Below are positions 24,143 to 33,640 of a stretch of 64,000 bases of DNA, one piece after another. Made by a program: the position numbers and the translations under genes. Within the stretch, counting starts at the first letter, position 1, and each line of letters opens with the position of its first letter. The DNA is from an uncultured Acidimicrobiales bacterium. GTDB taxonomy: Bacteria > Actinomycetota > Acidimicrobiia > Acidimicrobiales > UBA8190. The stretch spans positions 182,835 to 246,834 of the forward strand of contig CAWJUR010000001.1 of NCBI GenBank assembly GCA_963846125.1. The letters are read 5' to 3'. The notes under the pieces were generated by a model. That model made no database searches. It saw only the letters and a list, made by a program, of their open reading frames with translations, and was not told where the DNA came from.

Positions 24143-25489
24143 GTGGCTATGCAGTTGTCGACCACGGGCGGACGGGCGCCAAAGCGCCGTGGCCCGGGGC
24201 GAACCGTCGGATACGTGGCGATTCTCATCCTGCTTTGCATTGGTTTGGTCGACGATCTTCTGACCCAGGTTCGACTTCACCACGTACAAGTCAGCCTGGC
24301 ATCCACCCGAAGGACACTCGATCGGACCTCGCGAGAACTGTCCTCGGCGCAACAGACGTTGGCAGTCACCAACGCCACGAACGAGGCCAACCAGGCGACG
24401 TTGAACCAACTCTCAAGCGAGCTCGAGTCGGCTCAACAACATCTCGCTCAGACCAAACAGGGTCTGACTTTGGAGAATTACGACATCTCCACGCTCAACA
24501 ACTGCGTGTCCGGCGTACTCCAAGCGGTCAAGGATCTTCAAGCGGGTCAGTCCCAGGCGGCGATCAATGCCATCAGCGGTGTGGCCCGGCCGTGCCAGAA
24601 CCTCCAAGGGACCAATCCGGGCGGGCCCGCCTACCCGTTCGACTTCCCGGACCCTGACGTGCTCGACGTCGCAGGGACCTATTACGCGTATGCCACCAAT
24701 TCGGCGGGCGGAAACATCCAGATCATCAGATCGAGTGATCTCTCGCACTGGAAGACGGTTGGGGATGCCCTTCCGAAGCCCGCCTCATGGGCTACGACCG
24801 GATTCACATGGGCGCCGGGGGTTCTCCGTCACCGCCGGCGGTTCCTCCTCTACTACTCGACCGTTCGCCATCACGGCCTGGGCTCTGAGCAGTGCATTTC
24901 TGTCGCGACGGCGCGTCACCCCGGGGGGCCGTTCCACGACGAGTCCACTGGACCGCTCATTTGTCAGCCCACCCTCGGCGGGTCCATCGACCCCGCCCCG
25001 TACACAGATGCGTCGGGCAAGCCCTACCTGACCTGGAAGTCGAACGGAGGAGCAACACAGCCGCCAACGATCTGGGCCGAGGCGCTTTCCCCCTCGGGCG
25101 TCACCATGGCACCACACAGTGCACCGTCCACACTGCTCCGACCCAGTCAATCCTGGGAGGGCTCGGTCGTCGAAGGCCCCTTCATGTGGTCCGCCGGGGG
25201 CTCCTACTACCTCTTCTATTCGGGCAACAATTGGAACAGTGCGTCGTATGCCATCGGGGTCGCGACCTGCAACGGACCACTTGGACCCTGCACGAAGCCG
25301 CTTTCGGGCCCCTTCTACAGATCGAATGCAAACCTGGCGGGCCCCGGTGGAGCCTCCTTGTTTCGGGATCCTGAGGGCAACCCGTCGGTGGCCTTCCACG
25401 CTTGGCTCCCCGGTATCGTCGGATACCCGAACGCTCGCCTGCTCTTTGTAAGGCCCTTGGCTTCCTTGGGCAATCTGCCTCGGCCGTAA
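24143..25489 (+). CDS. Membrane-anchored coiled-coil protein fused to a glycoside hydrolase family 43-like beta-propeller domain
   Basis: TM helix plus coiled coil with the same Cys pair (TLNNCVSG...VARPCQNL). This is followed by FPDPDVLDVAGTYYAYATNS, FTWAPGVL, SIDPAPYTD, VVEGPFMW and YYLFYSGNNW, typical of GH43-type five-bladed propellers. Confidence 0.8.
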   Translation: MAMQLSTTGGRAPKRRGPGRTVGYVAILILLCIGLVDDLLTQVRLHHVQVSLASTRRTLDRTSRELSSAQQTLAVTNATNEANQATLNQLSSELESAQQHLAQTKQGLTLENYDISTLNNCVSGVLQAVKDLQAGQSQAAINAISGVARPCQNLQGTNPGGPAYPFDFPDPDVLDVAGTYYAYATNSAGGNIQIIRSSDLSHWKTVGDALPKPASWATTGFTWAPGVLRHRRRFLLYYSTVRHHGLGSEQCISVATARHPGGPFHDESTGPLICQPTLGGSIDPAPYTDASGKPYLTWKSNGGATQPPTIWAEALSPSGVTMAPHSAPSTLLRPSQSWEGSVVEGPFMWSAGGSYYLFYSGNNWNSASYAIGVATCNGPLGPCTKPLSGPFYRSNANLAGPGGASLFRDPEGNPSVAFHAWLPGIVGYPNARLLFVRPLASLGNLPRP

Positions 25490-25541
25490 ATCAAGTCCGG
25501 CATCGCTCGTTGCGCCGGGACTGTCGACCAGACTGCACGCT

Positions 25542-25868
25542 ATGGCATTCGGTCAACAGTCAGGCCCTCCTGCCTCGGCGAGCCAGGTGCGAGAGCTACT
25601 CGGCCTCCTCAACAACGCAGGGCACAGCACCTTTCGTGAGGCGCGGGGCCCGATGGGGTTGACCCAACGGCAGGCCTCAGGCAACTTCACCCGGGACGAG
25701 GCAACTGAGTTCATCGACCGGCTCCAAGATGCAGAGTTCGCCGACACACCCGTTGCTGTCCTCCCAAAATCTCGGCTGTCTGCGGCAGAGCAGTTGCTGC
25801 AGCGCATGCCCGCCGAGCAGCTCGCCGCCGAGCTTCATCGTCGAGGTTGGACGGCGTCCAAGCCCTGA
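25542..25868 (+). CDS. Hypothetical protein (108 aa)
   Basis: ATG ORF with coding-like composition. I recognise no family. Confidence 0.5.
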   Translation: MAFGQQSGPPASASQVRELLGLLNNAGHSTFREARGPMGLTQRQASGNFTRDEATEFIDRLQDAEFADTPVAVLPKSRLSAAEQLLQRMPAEQLAAELHRRGWTASKP

Positions 25869-25883
25869 TCCGGGCCTGGAGCG

Positions 25884-26315
25884 GTGAGGCCCCATGGACT
25901 ACGTTCGTCCGATGTGCGCAGGGTGAGCCCGGGGCTTGTCGTCGGTGTGTTCGCGGCGCTCAGAGTGGTGATCGGCGCGGTGTTCATGATCGCCCCGGAT
26001 CGCGCAACCGGCCCGTCTGAGAGAACGGCCGGCGCCACACTCATGACGCGCAGCTTCGCAGTGCGCGAGGCAGTCCTCGGCGTCGGTGGACTTGTCGCCG
26101 TCGCCAGACAGGGCGAATCTCTCCCTGCCATCCGCACGTGGGCCGGTCTGGGAGCGCTGACCGACTTCGGCGACCTCGTCGCATCCTTGATTGAGGCCAA
26201 AAAGAGTGACACATCCGTGCGGGTGCCGGCGCTGGTGGCAGCGGCGGGTTTTCTCGGTGAGCTGTGGGCTCTGACTGCTGCGGACCGGGACTCGAAAAAG
26301 GCTCAGGTGATCTGA
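25884..26315 (+). CDS. Hypothetical membrane protein
   Basis: Three to four hydrophobic helices (LVVGVFAALRVVIGAVFMIA, AVLGVGGLVAVA, PALVAAAGFLGELWAL). The stop abuts the next gene. Confidence 0.55.
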   Translation: MRPHGLRSSDVRRVSPGLVVGVFAALRVVIGAVFMIAPDRATGPSERTAGATLMTRSFAVREAVLGVGGLVAVARQGESLPAIRTWAGLGALTDFGDLVASLIEAKKSDTSVRVPALVAAAGFLGELWALTAADRDSKKAQVI

Positions 26316-26316
26316 C

Positions 26317-27111
26317 GTGGGACGTCTGGACGGCAAAGTGGCCATCGTGACGGGTGGAGGCGGGGGCATCGGTGGCGCGACGGCTCGGGCCTTGGCGAAG
26401 GAAGGCGCATCTGTCGTCGTCGTCGACATCGACAGCGCCCGAGCCGAGGGGGTCGTACGGGCGATCGCCGCCTCCGACGGGAACGCCGTCAGCGTACCGG
26501 CTGACCTTTCAGAGGAAGCTGATGTGGCGGCGGCGATCACTGCGACGATGACCCGCTATGGACGTCTCGACATACTCCACAACAATGCCGCCCTCACAGA
26601 GTCCGACTTCTTGTCACGTGATACCGAGGTGACCGGTCTCTCTCTCGATGTCTGGGAGAGGACCATGGCGGTCAACCTGCGCAGCCAGATGTTGATGTGC
26701 AAGCACGTGATCCCCGAGATGATCCGGGATGGTGGCGGCTCGATCATCAACATGTCCTCAGGCGCATCGCTCAAAGGAGACCGGACGCGTACCGCTTATG
26801 GGGTCTCCAAGGCGGGAGTCAACACGCTGACCATGTACGTGGCGACCTCGCACGGCAAACAGGGTGTGCGCGTCAACACGATCGTTCCCGGGCTCATAAT
26901 CACCGACGCCGTCCGGGCCCATCTGACCGACCGGATGTTGGCGGGGCTGGGTCGGGCCACCCTCACGCCGTATGTCGGCGAGCCCGATGACGTCGCCAAC
27001 CTGGTCGTCTTCCTGGCCTCAGACGAGTCGCGCTACATCACCGGGCAGATGATCGCCATCGACGGTGGCATGTCCGCACACGTGGGCTCGGTCGGGCAGG
27101 ATGACAAATGA
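26317..27111 (+). CDS. Short-chain dehydrogenase/reductase (SDR)
   Basis: TGGGGGIG cofactor motif, NNAA, and the catalytic S...YGVSK. Confidence 0.92.
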   Translation: MGRLDGKVAIVTGGGGGIGGATARALAKEGASVVVVDIDSARAEGVVRAIAASDGNAVSVPADLSEEADVAAAITATMTRYGRLDILHNNAALTESDFLSRDTEVTGLSLDVWERTMAVNLRSQMLMCKHVIPEMIRDGGGSIINMSSGASLKGDRTRTAYGVSKAGVNTLTMYVATSHGKQGVRVNTIVPGLIITDAVRAHLTDRMLAGLGRATLTPYVGEPDDVANLVVFLASDESRYITGQMIAIDGGMSAHVGSVGQDDK

Positions 27112-27127
27112 TTCGGCCCGGAGCCCG

Positions 27128-27943
27128 TCAGGACGGCCCGAGGACGTAGGACCCGTTCTCGGGATTGTGATACCACCCACTCGAGGCCTGGGTCCCGCCG
27201 TCGACGTGAATGGTCTGGCCCGTCACGTAGCTCGACAACGAGCCGGCCAGGAAGACCGCCGCTCCTGCCATCTCGTCGACGTGACCGGGGCGTCCCATGG
27301 GAACGGTGAGGCCGAAACGCGCTTCGGCTCCCGGCGGCGCCACCGACGCCATTCCCTCGGTGAGGGTGATGTCGGGGGCTAACGCGTTCACGCGGATGCC
27401 GTGGGGCGCGAATTCCAGTGCGGCGGTCTTCGTAAAGTTGATGACGCCGGCTTTCGCCGCCGCGTACGCCGCGTAACCGGGCGCGGCCCGCACCCCCTCG
27501 ATGGAGGTCACGCTGATGATGCTGCCCCCGGTGCCGTGCTCAACCATCGTTCGAGCCACACGTTGCGTGCACAGGATCACGTGTTTCAGGTTGGCCCGGT
27601 AGAGGGCGTCCCAGCCGTTCTCGGAGGTCTCGAGGATCGGGGACGAGAAGACGCCTCCGGCGTTGTTGACGAGGATGGTCACCGGCCCCAGCTCTGCGAG
27701 CGTGCGGGCGAGGGCGGCATCGACCTCCGCCGAGTCCCGGACGTCGGTGACGAGCCCGAGCCCGCCCACTTCCTCCGCGGCCGACGCCGTTGTCTCGGGA
27801 TCGCGCTCCCAGATCGCCACCGAGGCGCCGAACGCAGCGAGACCGCGGGCGATGCCCCGCCCGATTCCGGCGCCTCCGCCCGTGACGACGGCTACCCGAT
27901 CGGTGAGCAGCACTGATGAAGGCTCCATGGACACGACAATCAC
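27128..27943 (-). CDS. Short-chain dehydrogenase/reductase (SDR)
   Basis: TGGGAGIG, NNAG, and S...YAAAKAG. The start is either GTG 27943 or ATG 27928. Confidence 0.92.
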   Translation of the reverse strand: MIVVSMEPSSVLLTDRVAVVTGGGAGIGRGIARGLAAFGASVAIWERDPETTASAAEEVGGLGLVTDVRDSAEVDAALARTLAELGPVTILVNNAGGVFSSPILETSENGWDALYRANLKHVILCTQRVARTMVEHGTGGSIISVTSIEGVRAAPGYAAYAAAKAGVINFTKTAALEFAPHGIRVNALAPDITLTEGMASVAPPGAEARFGLTVPMGRPGHVDEMAGAAVFLAGSLSSYVTGQTIHVDGGTQASSGWYHNPENGSYVLGPS

Positions 27944-28004
27944 CGCCTAATAGGTTCGAGAGGACATCGCACAGATCCGCTGCACACCCGAGAGTAGGGA
28001 TGCC

Positions 28005-28592
28005 ATGCCCAGGATAGAACCGATCCCCTTGGACCAGCTCGCCGACGAGCCTCGTCGGATCATCGAAGAGGGCGTGGCCGACGGGACCTACGCCACGCCG
28101 ATCCCGCTGCAGATCTTCGCCTACAAGTCTTCGCAGATCCTGATGACCCATGCGGCCCGAAGTGTCATGGGGAAGGGGAGCCTCCTCGGGGCACGGATCG
28201 TCGAGCTCATCCGGATCCGCAGTGCCCAACTCGGTGAATGCCAGCCCTGCATGCAGTCCCGCAAGCACGACTCGATCACCGACGAGGACGTCGCCTGTCT
28301 GATCACCCCGGGCGGATCCCAGCTCACCGAGCAGGAGCGCCTGGCGGTGGCGTTCCTCGACCTCCTCTCCGCCGACCACCACGCCATCGATGACGAGGTC
28401 TACCGGGAGCTCGGAGAGGTCTTCACCGCCGCCCAGATCGTCGAGCTCGGCATCACCTGTGCGAGCACCATGGGTCTCCATCGCTTCATCCACACCCTCG
28501 ATGTGTACGGGACCACCCCTCCGGTCATCGCCTACAACCAGGACCAGGTCGACACCGCCTATCCCGAGGTGTCCGAACAGGCGCCGGCATGA
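28005..28592 (+). CDS. Carboxymuconolactone decarboxylase (AhpD-like) family protein
   Basis: The CMD-family pattern IRIRSAQLGECQPCMQSR contains a CxxC motif. Confidence 0.75.
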   Translation: MPRIEPIPLDQLADEPRRIIEEGVADGTYATPIPLQIFAYKSSQILMTHAARSVMGKGSLLGARIVELIRIRSAQLGECQPCMQSRKHDSITDEDVACLITPGGSQLTEQERLAVAFLDLLSADHHAIDDEVYRELGEVFTAAQIVELGITCASTMGLHRFIHTLDVYGTTPPVIAYNQDQVDTAYPEVSEQAPA

Positions 28593-29593
28593 CCGAGACG
28601 GTCCTCGTCACCGGGGCCACCGGCCTGGCCGGAGCCAACATCTGCAGGCTCCTGACCGAGCGGGGCGACCCTGTCCGAGCCTTGGCTCGACCCTCGGCCG
28701 ACACGCAACCTCTCGTTGGTCTGGGGGTCGAGGTCATCAGTGGCGACATCACGATCGCCGACGACGTCCGCCGTGCCGCAACCGGCGCTGACTCGGTGAT
28801 CCACTGTGCCGCGCTCCTGGGTGGCGCAAGCCAGAACCTGCCCGACTTCGAGGCTGTGAACATCCAGGGCACGAAGCACGTCCTCGACGCCGCCGAGGCT
28901 CTCGGGATGCGCCGCGTGGTCGCCGTCAGCACCGGCACCTTCTTCGACACCGCCGGTGGTCTCGAGCGCGAGGACGCGCCGGTGATGAAGGAGCCGAGCC
29001 CGGATCCGTACACGATCACCAAGATGGCGGCCTTCCAGGATGCCATGGCCCGAGCGGCGGCTGGTCAAGACGTCGTCACCACCCACCCGGGCGCGATCTT
29101 CGGTCCTTCTCCGGTGGCGAGCAATGCGCTGGGTCGAACAAGCTTCAACCGCGTGCTTCTCTCCGCCCTTCGTCAACGCATCACGCAGTATCTGACCTTT
29201 CCCGTCAGTTGGGTCTTCGCCGACGACATCGCCGCGGGATGCCTTCTGGCCCTCGATCGCGGCGTGTCGGGTGAGCGCTACATGCTCGACGGTCGTCCCG
29301 AAGACGTGGTGAGCACGGCCGATGCCTGCAACCGTATCTGTGCCTTGGCGGGCATCGACCACCGCGTACTGGACGTGGAGCCTTCCGACGATCCCGAGCT
29401 GCTCGCAGTATTCGGACCGACACTGCTGGCGATCGCCTACAAGCTGGCGTCAGTCAACACGCCCCGCCGCGCTCTTACCGAATCGAAGACCTACAAGAGA
29501 CTCGGGTATGACCCCATCAGTCTCGACGAAGGCCTGGGGCGCACCGCCGAGTGGCTCCGAGACATCGGCCGCCTCGACGGCAGTCATCACTGA
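28589..29593 (+). CDS. NAD-dependent epimerase/dehydratase (extended SDR)
   Basis: VLVTGATGLAGANI Rossmann motif and YTITK catalytic motif. It overlaps the previous gene by 4 nt (ATGA). Confidence 0.88.
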   Translation: MTETVLVTGATGLAGANICRLLTERGDPVRALARPSADTQPLVGLGVEVISGDITIADDVRRAATGADSVIHCAALLGGASQNLPDFEAVNIQGTKHVLDAAEALGMRRVVAVSTGTFFDTAGGLEREDAPVMKEPSPDPYTITKMAAFQDAMARAAAGQDVVTTHPGAIFGPSPVASNALGRTSFNRVLLSALRQRITQYLTFPVSWVFADDIAAGCLLALDRGVSGERYMLDGRPEDVVSTADACNRICALAGIDHRVLDVEPSDDPELLAVFGPTLLAIAYKLASVNTPRRALTESKTYKRLGYDPISLDEGLGRTAEWLRDIGRLDGSHH

Positions 29594-29634
29594 GCTTTCC
29601 TGAGCGAGCCCCGCGCGGAGCAGAACGATCCCGT

Positions 29635-30504
29635 TCAGTCGTGTCGGCGGGATCGCCACACGTCGGCGCGGAATGCCACATCGACGGTCACATCTCCCTC
29701 GACGCCGAGGAGGTCCTTGAGGAGTCGCCGCGCTTCGGCGACCACGCGCTGGCGTGTCTCCTCGGGCATGGTGATGATCCAGCTGAGGGTGCCCAGCAGC
29801 CCGACGATGTCGTCGGCGTTGAGCGCCACGTCCCACGTGAACGCCTCGTGGTCGGGTTGGTCGAAGGGAACGCCGGGTGGGATCTCGAGACTCGACATCG
29901 GTCGAAGGGCGTCACCCAGGATGAGACCGCCGAGCTCGTCGCTCGCGGGGCCCCCCGTCGCGTCACGGGACGCTCCTTCGGTTCCGTCCGACCGGCCCGC
30001 CAGCATGGCCCTCGCCTGGACGATGAAAGGGCCCTCAGGGTCGGGTCCTGACCACAAGGCCCCGAGGAGCCCGCCGGGAACGAGGATGCGGCCCACTTCG
30101 TGGAGGGCGGGGACCTGGTCCATCCAATGCCATGACGAAGAGGCCAGCACCGCGTCCACGGAGCTATCCGGGAGGGGCATCGACTCCCCCCGACCCGACA
30201 CGGCCCGGACGCCGGGGATCTCTTCGGTGAGCACGCTGCGCATGCGGTCGTCAGGCTCGACGGCGACGACCTCGTCGGCCCTGTCGATCAGGAGTCGGGT
30301 CAGTGCTCCGGTGCCGGCCCCGAGATCAACCACCCTGCCGATGTGCGTCGGCAAGAGCCACTCCACGGCGGCGACAGGTGGCCCGGGACGGTAGCGCTCG
30401 TAGTGTGACGCCACTCCCCCGAAGCTCCCGGCTCGCCTCGACTTCTCGTCCGAGGGGAGGTGAGAGAGCGGCACGTCGAGGTTCGGTTGATCAGAACCGG
30501 TCAC
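29635..30504 (-). CDS. Class I SAM-dependent methyltransferase
   Basis: Motif I VVDLGAGTGALT, followed by AVEPD and ASSSWHW. Confidence 0.85.
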   Translation of the reverse strand: MTGSDQPNLDVPLSHLPSDEKSRRAGSFGGVASHYERYRPGPPVAAVEWLLPTHIGRVVDLGAGTGALTRLLIDRADEVVAVEPDDRMRSVLTEEIPGVRAVSGRGESMPLPDSSVDAVLASSSWHWMDQVPALHEVGRILVPGGLLGALWSGPDPEGPFIVQARAMLAGRSDGTEGASRDATGGPASDELGGLILGDALRPMSSLEIPPGVPFDQPDHEAFTWDVALNADDIVGLLGTLSWIITMPEETRQRVVAEARRLLKDLLGVEGDVTVDVAFRADVWRSRRHD

Positions 30505-30561
30505 AGACCGGACTCTACGCGCCGAAGGGCTCGCCCTTCAACGCTTGCGGGCATGCAGTCC

Positions 30562-30993
30562 TCACACCGGCGTCGGACGCTCGCAGAACCCCTTGAGGCG
30601 AGCCATCGACGACACGACATTGGCCCGTGTGAGTCGGACCGCGAGCCAATGCAACCCCGCGATGTGGGAATGTACCTCGTCGTCGGTCTCGAGCATCGTG
30701 TCACCGTCCGCGAGTGAGGTGAGACGGTATTCCTCCTCGACGTGCACGAAGGCAAGGTCGATCGTCGCCGTCATGCGCCGGGGTTCCTCGACCACACGGA
30801 TGCGATCATGCAGTGTGAGCCTCAGAGGTCCGAACGCACTGCGCCAACGGGCATGCTGGCCGACCTTCGGGTAGTCCACGGGCACGTCGAGCGGGACAAC
30901 GCCGTCCCAGACACGTACCTCATCGGGAACAGTCAAGGCCCGCCACACCGTCTCGACGGGTGCCGAGATCTGCGTGGAAACACCCACATGCAC
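30562..30993 (-). CDS. SRPBCC (START/polyketide cyclase-like) family protein
   Basis: The N-terminal STQISAPVETVWRALTVPDEVRVWDG pattern and a length of 143 aa. Confidence 0.7.
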   Translation of the reverse strand: MHVGVSTQISAPVETVWRALTVPDEVRVWDGVVPLDVPVDYPKVGQHARWRSAFGPLRLTLHDRIRVVEEPRRMTATIDLAFVHVEEEYRLTSLADGDTMLETDDEVHSHIAGLHWLAVRLTRANVVSSMARLKGFCERPTPV

Positions 30994-31238
30994 GTATGCA
31001 CATTATCGATGGGCACCCCGGAACAGGCGCGTGATCGCAGGTCAGGGGAAGGGTTGGTGACGGGATGATGCGCCCCCAATCCCGCACCAAATGGGTGGGA
31101 TTTCATCAGTATTGACGAGGTAGGTACACCGTCGTCTGAACCAGGCTAGAGGTGGCGGTGGTATGCCATCCGCTCGATCAGCCTGGGGGGGCTTCAGGCG
31201 CCGGCCTGACGCTCAATGCCGAGATGAAATGAGTCTCA

Positions 31239-33560
31239 ATGCGTCGCCTGCAAGCCATAGCCAAACGACTCGTACTCGCCGGACTCGCCGCGCTGTCGCT
31301 CGGCATTGTCATGGTTGTTGCATCGTTGGCGCACAGCTCGGGTACGCCCGCCTTCGCCGACTCCGCCCCCTACGAGCTCTACTGTCCGGGAACGCCCGTC
31401 GGCAATATCGCGTTGAACGACGTCACGACGGCGGGGACGGTCTCCCCGGCGACACCGGCCACCGGAGAGCCGTTCAACCTGACCGGATTCCAAACCACGG
31501 TGCCGCTCCCCAATGCGATCGTCTCGGCCGCTGCGGCGTTGGGGAACTCTGCGATCTTGGGAACCGCCAACGTCGAAGTCGATGCCACCGGCGCCACCCC
31601 TGCGACGGTTGCCTCCGCTCCGATCTCCATCGACGCGCCCATTCCGAGCCCAGTGCCGTCGACGGGCCTCTCGCTGGTGCTGCCCTCCACGCCAGGAACG
31701 GTGGGCCCGTTCACCGCCTCGGGCGGCGCCATCTCGCTGACCGTGGATCCGGCCATCTCGCTGGTGCTCGTCATCTCGGGCAGCAACCTCAGCCTGACGT
31801 GTACGCCCTATCCGAACAACAGTGAGACGACTGGCATCGTCACCTCGGCGCCGACAGCAGCGAAAGCATCTCCGGTCATTGCGACAGCCACTACCGGATC
31901 GACCACAACGACAACCGCTTCCGGTTCGACCACCACGACCGTCAGTGCCACGACCACGACGACGGCGCCGGCGACGGCACTCACGGGCCCCTACGAGCTG
32001 TACTGTCCCGGCACCCCGGTCGGGACCGTGGTGCTCAACGACGCCGTGACCACGGCGTCGCTCTCGCCGGCAGCTCCGACCGCCAGCCAGTCCTTCAGCC
32101 TGACGGGATACCAGACGACCGTGAACCTCCCGTCGGCGCTCGCCAGCGCGGCGGCTGCCGTCAACGGGCCGCAGTTGACCGGATCGGCCACGACCCAGAT
32201 CGACGCCAGTGGGGCGACTCCCGCCACAGTGGCCCAGGGCCCATTGACCTTCAACGTCACCATCCCGAGCCCCGTTCCCGACGCCGGGGTGTCGTTGTCC
32301 CTACCTTCCGCCCCAGCCACCATCGGCGGGTTCACGGCCACATCCGGTCCGATCACCATCAAGCAGGACTCTTCGGCCAGCCTGTCGTTGACCGTGGCGG
32401 GCAATGCGCTCGTGCTCACGTGCACTGCGTACCCCAACAATTCCGTGACGCCCTCGGGCATCACCACGGCGGTCCCCACGGCAAGCCCGGTCGCGCCGGT
32501 GATCGCGAGCGCTGCGGGAGGTCCCACCACGACGACGACCACCGCAACGGGCCCCACGACCACCACGACCGGTCCCACCACGACGACAGGTCCCACGACG
32601 ACGACCTCGGCGCCGTCGATCACCACCACGACGTCGTCAGGTGCCGGCACATCGAGCTCGACGTCAACATCGACGCCCGCCGCGACGACCACCACGCAGG
32701 CGGGCTCGGGGAGCACGACGTCGTCATCTCCGAAGTCGACGACCTCAACGGCGCCGGCAACCAAGTCCGCCTCGTCAACGTCCTCCACCGCTCAGGTCGT
32801 CACCGCCCCGTCGAGCTCTCTTGCATTCACCGGTCCGGGGCCAGGCCTCAAGACGATGACATTGATCGGAGCCCTCGTCATCCTCCTCGGACTCCTCATG
32901 CTGCTCCTCGCAGACCTTCCTCGGCGGGTGATCAGCCAACTCGCCTACGCGAGCCCCCGATACAGGAAGGCTCGAACGGCTGAGGGCACGAGACGAACCG
33001 TCGCGACATCCGACGGAGCCTCGCGCCAGACGATGTTCAGGCGCTCCGAGCCGCTCTTCGAACATGAAGAGCTGTTCTTTTCCCCAGGTGTGGTCACCGC
33101 ACCGGTCGTGGAGCGTCACCGCGTTCAATTGCCATCTGATCCGGCGATGTTGCCGGTTCCAGAGGTTCCAACGGAGGCTGACGAGGATTCATCGTCTCCA
33201 CTGAGCTCGCTCGAGCGACTCTCGGACCTGTTGGGTAGGGCCGAAGACATCAGCCGTCTCCTGGCTGACAACGACCGCGACAGGCTGGGCTCGATGGTGG
33301 TCTCCGAGTCGGTCCATTCATCGGAAGGTGGCAGCGATGCGGCCATCACCTCTTCTGAAAGCCCACCGGCGGCTTGGTACGACAACCCGCTCGGCGAGGG
33401 TCTGCGTTACTGGGACGGCACAAGCTGGACCGAGCACATCGCATGCCGCAAATACGACACCGCGACGCCGTCCGAGACCGGGTCCCGCACCGACTCCCCC
33501 GACGCTGTCGATCAGGGCATGGAGATTCCCGGTTGGTGGTTGACAACAGACCCGATCTGA
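31239..33560 (+). CDS. Large surface protein: signal peptide, two copies of the 165-aa two-cysteine module, Thr/Ser-rich stalk, LAFTG sorting-signal-like motif plus TM helix, and a 230-aa tail ending in DUF2510
   Basis: An uninterrupted 773-aa ORF. The modules lie at 31359..31853 and 31980..32474. LAFTG is at 32820..32834, followed by LIGALVILLGLLMLLLADLPRR. The C-terminal module is AAWYDNPLGEGLRYWDGTSWTEH. Confidence 0.85.
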   Translation: MRRLQAIAKRLVLAGLAALSLGIVMVVASLAHSSGTPAFADSAPYELYCPGTPVGNIALNDVTTAGTVSPATPATGEPFNLTGFQTTVPLPNAIVSAAAALGNSAILGTANVEVDATGATPATVASAPISIDAPIPSPVPSTGLSLVLPSTPGTVGPFTASGGAISLTVDPAISLVLVISGSNLSLTCTPYPNNSETTGIVTSAPTAAKASPVIATATTGSTTTTTASGSTTTTVSATTTTTAPATALTGPYELYCPGTPVGTVVLNDAVTTASLSPAAPTASQSFSLTGYQTTVNLPSALASAAAAVNGPQLTGSATTQIDASGATPATVAQGPLTFNVTIPSPVPDAGVSLSLPSAPATIGGFTATSGPITIKQDSSASLSLTVAGNALVLTCTAYPNNSVTPSGITTAVPTASPVAPVIASAAGGPTTTTTTATGPTTTTTGPTTTTGPTTTTSAPSITTTTSSGAGTSSSTSTSTPAATTTTQAGSGSTTSSSPKSTTSTAPATKSASSTSSTAQVVTAPSSSLAFTGPGPGLKTMTLIGALVILLGLLMLLLADLPRRVISQLAYASPRYRKARTAEGTRRTVATSDGASRQTMFRRSEPLFEHEELFFSPGVVTAPVVERHRVQLPSDPAMLPVPEVPTEADEDSSSPLSSLERLSDLLGRAEDISRLLADNDRDRLGSMVVSESVHSSEGGSDAAITSSESPPAAWYDNPLGEGLRYWDGTSWTEHIACRKYDTATPSETGSRTDSPDAVDQGMEIPGWWLTTDPI

Positions 33561-33640
33561 CGCACACGCATTGGTGAATCACGGGACCGGGAGCCTCGGA
33601 CCCCTACCGACGTCGGAGCGAACCGAGAGTTAGGTCGGCG

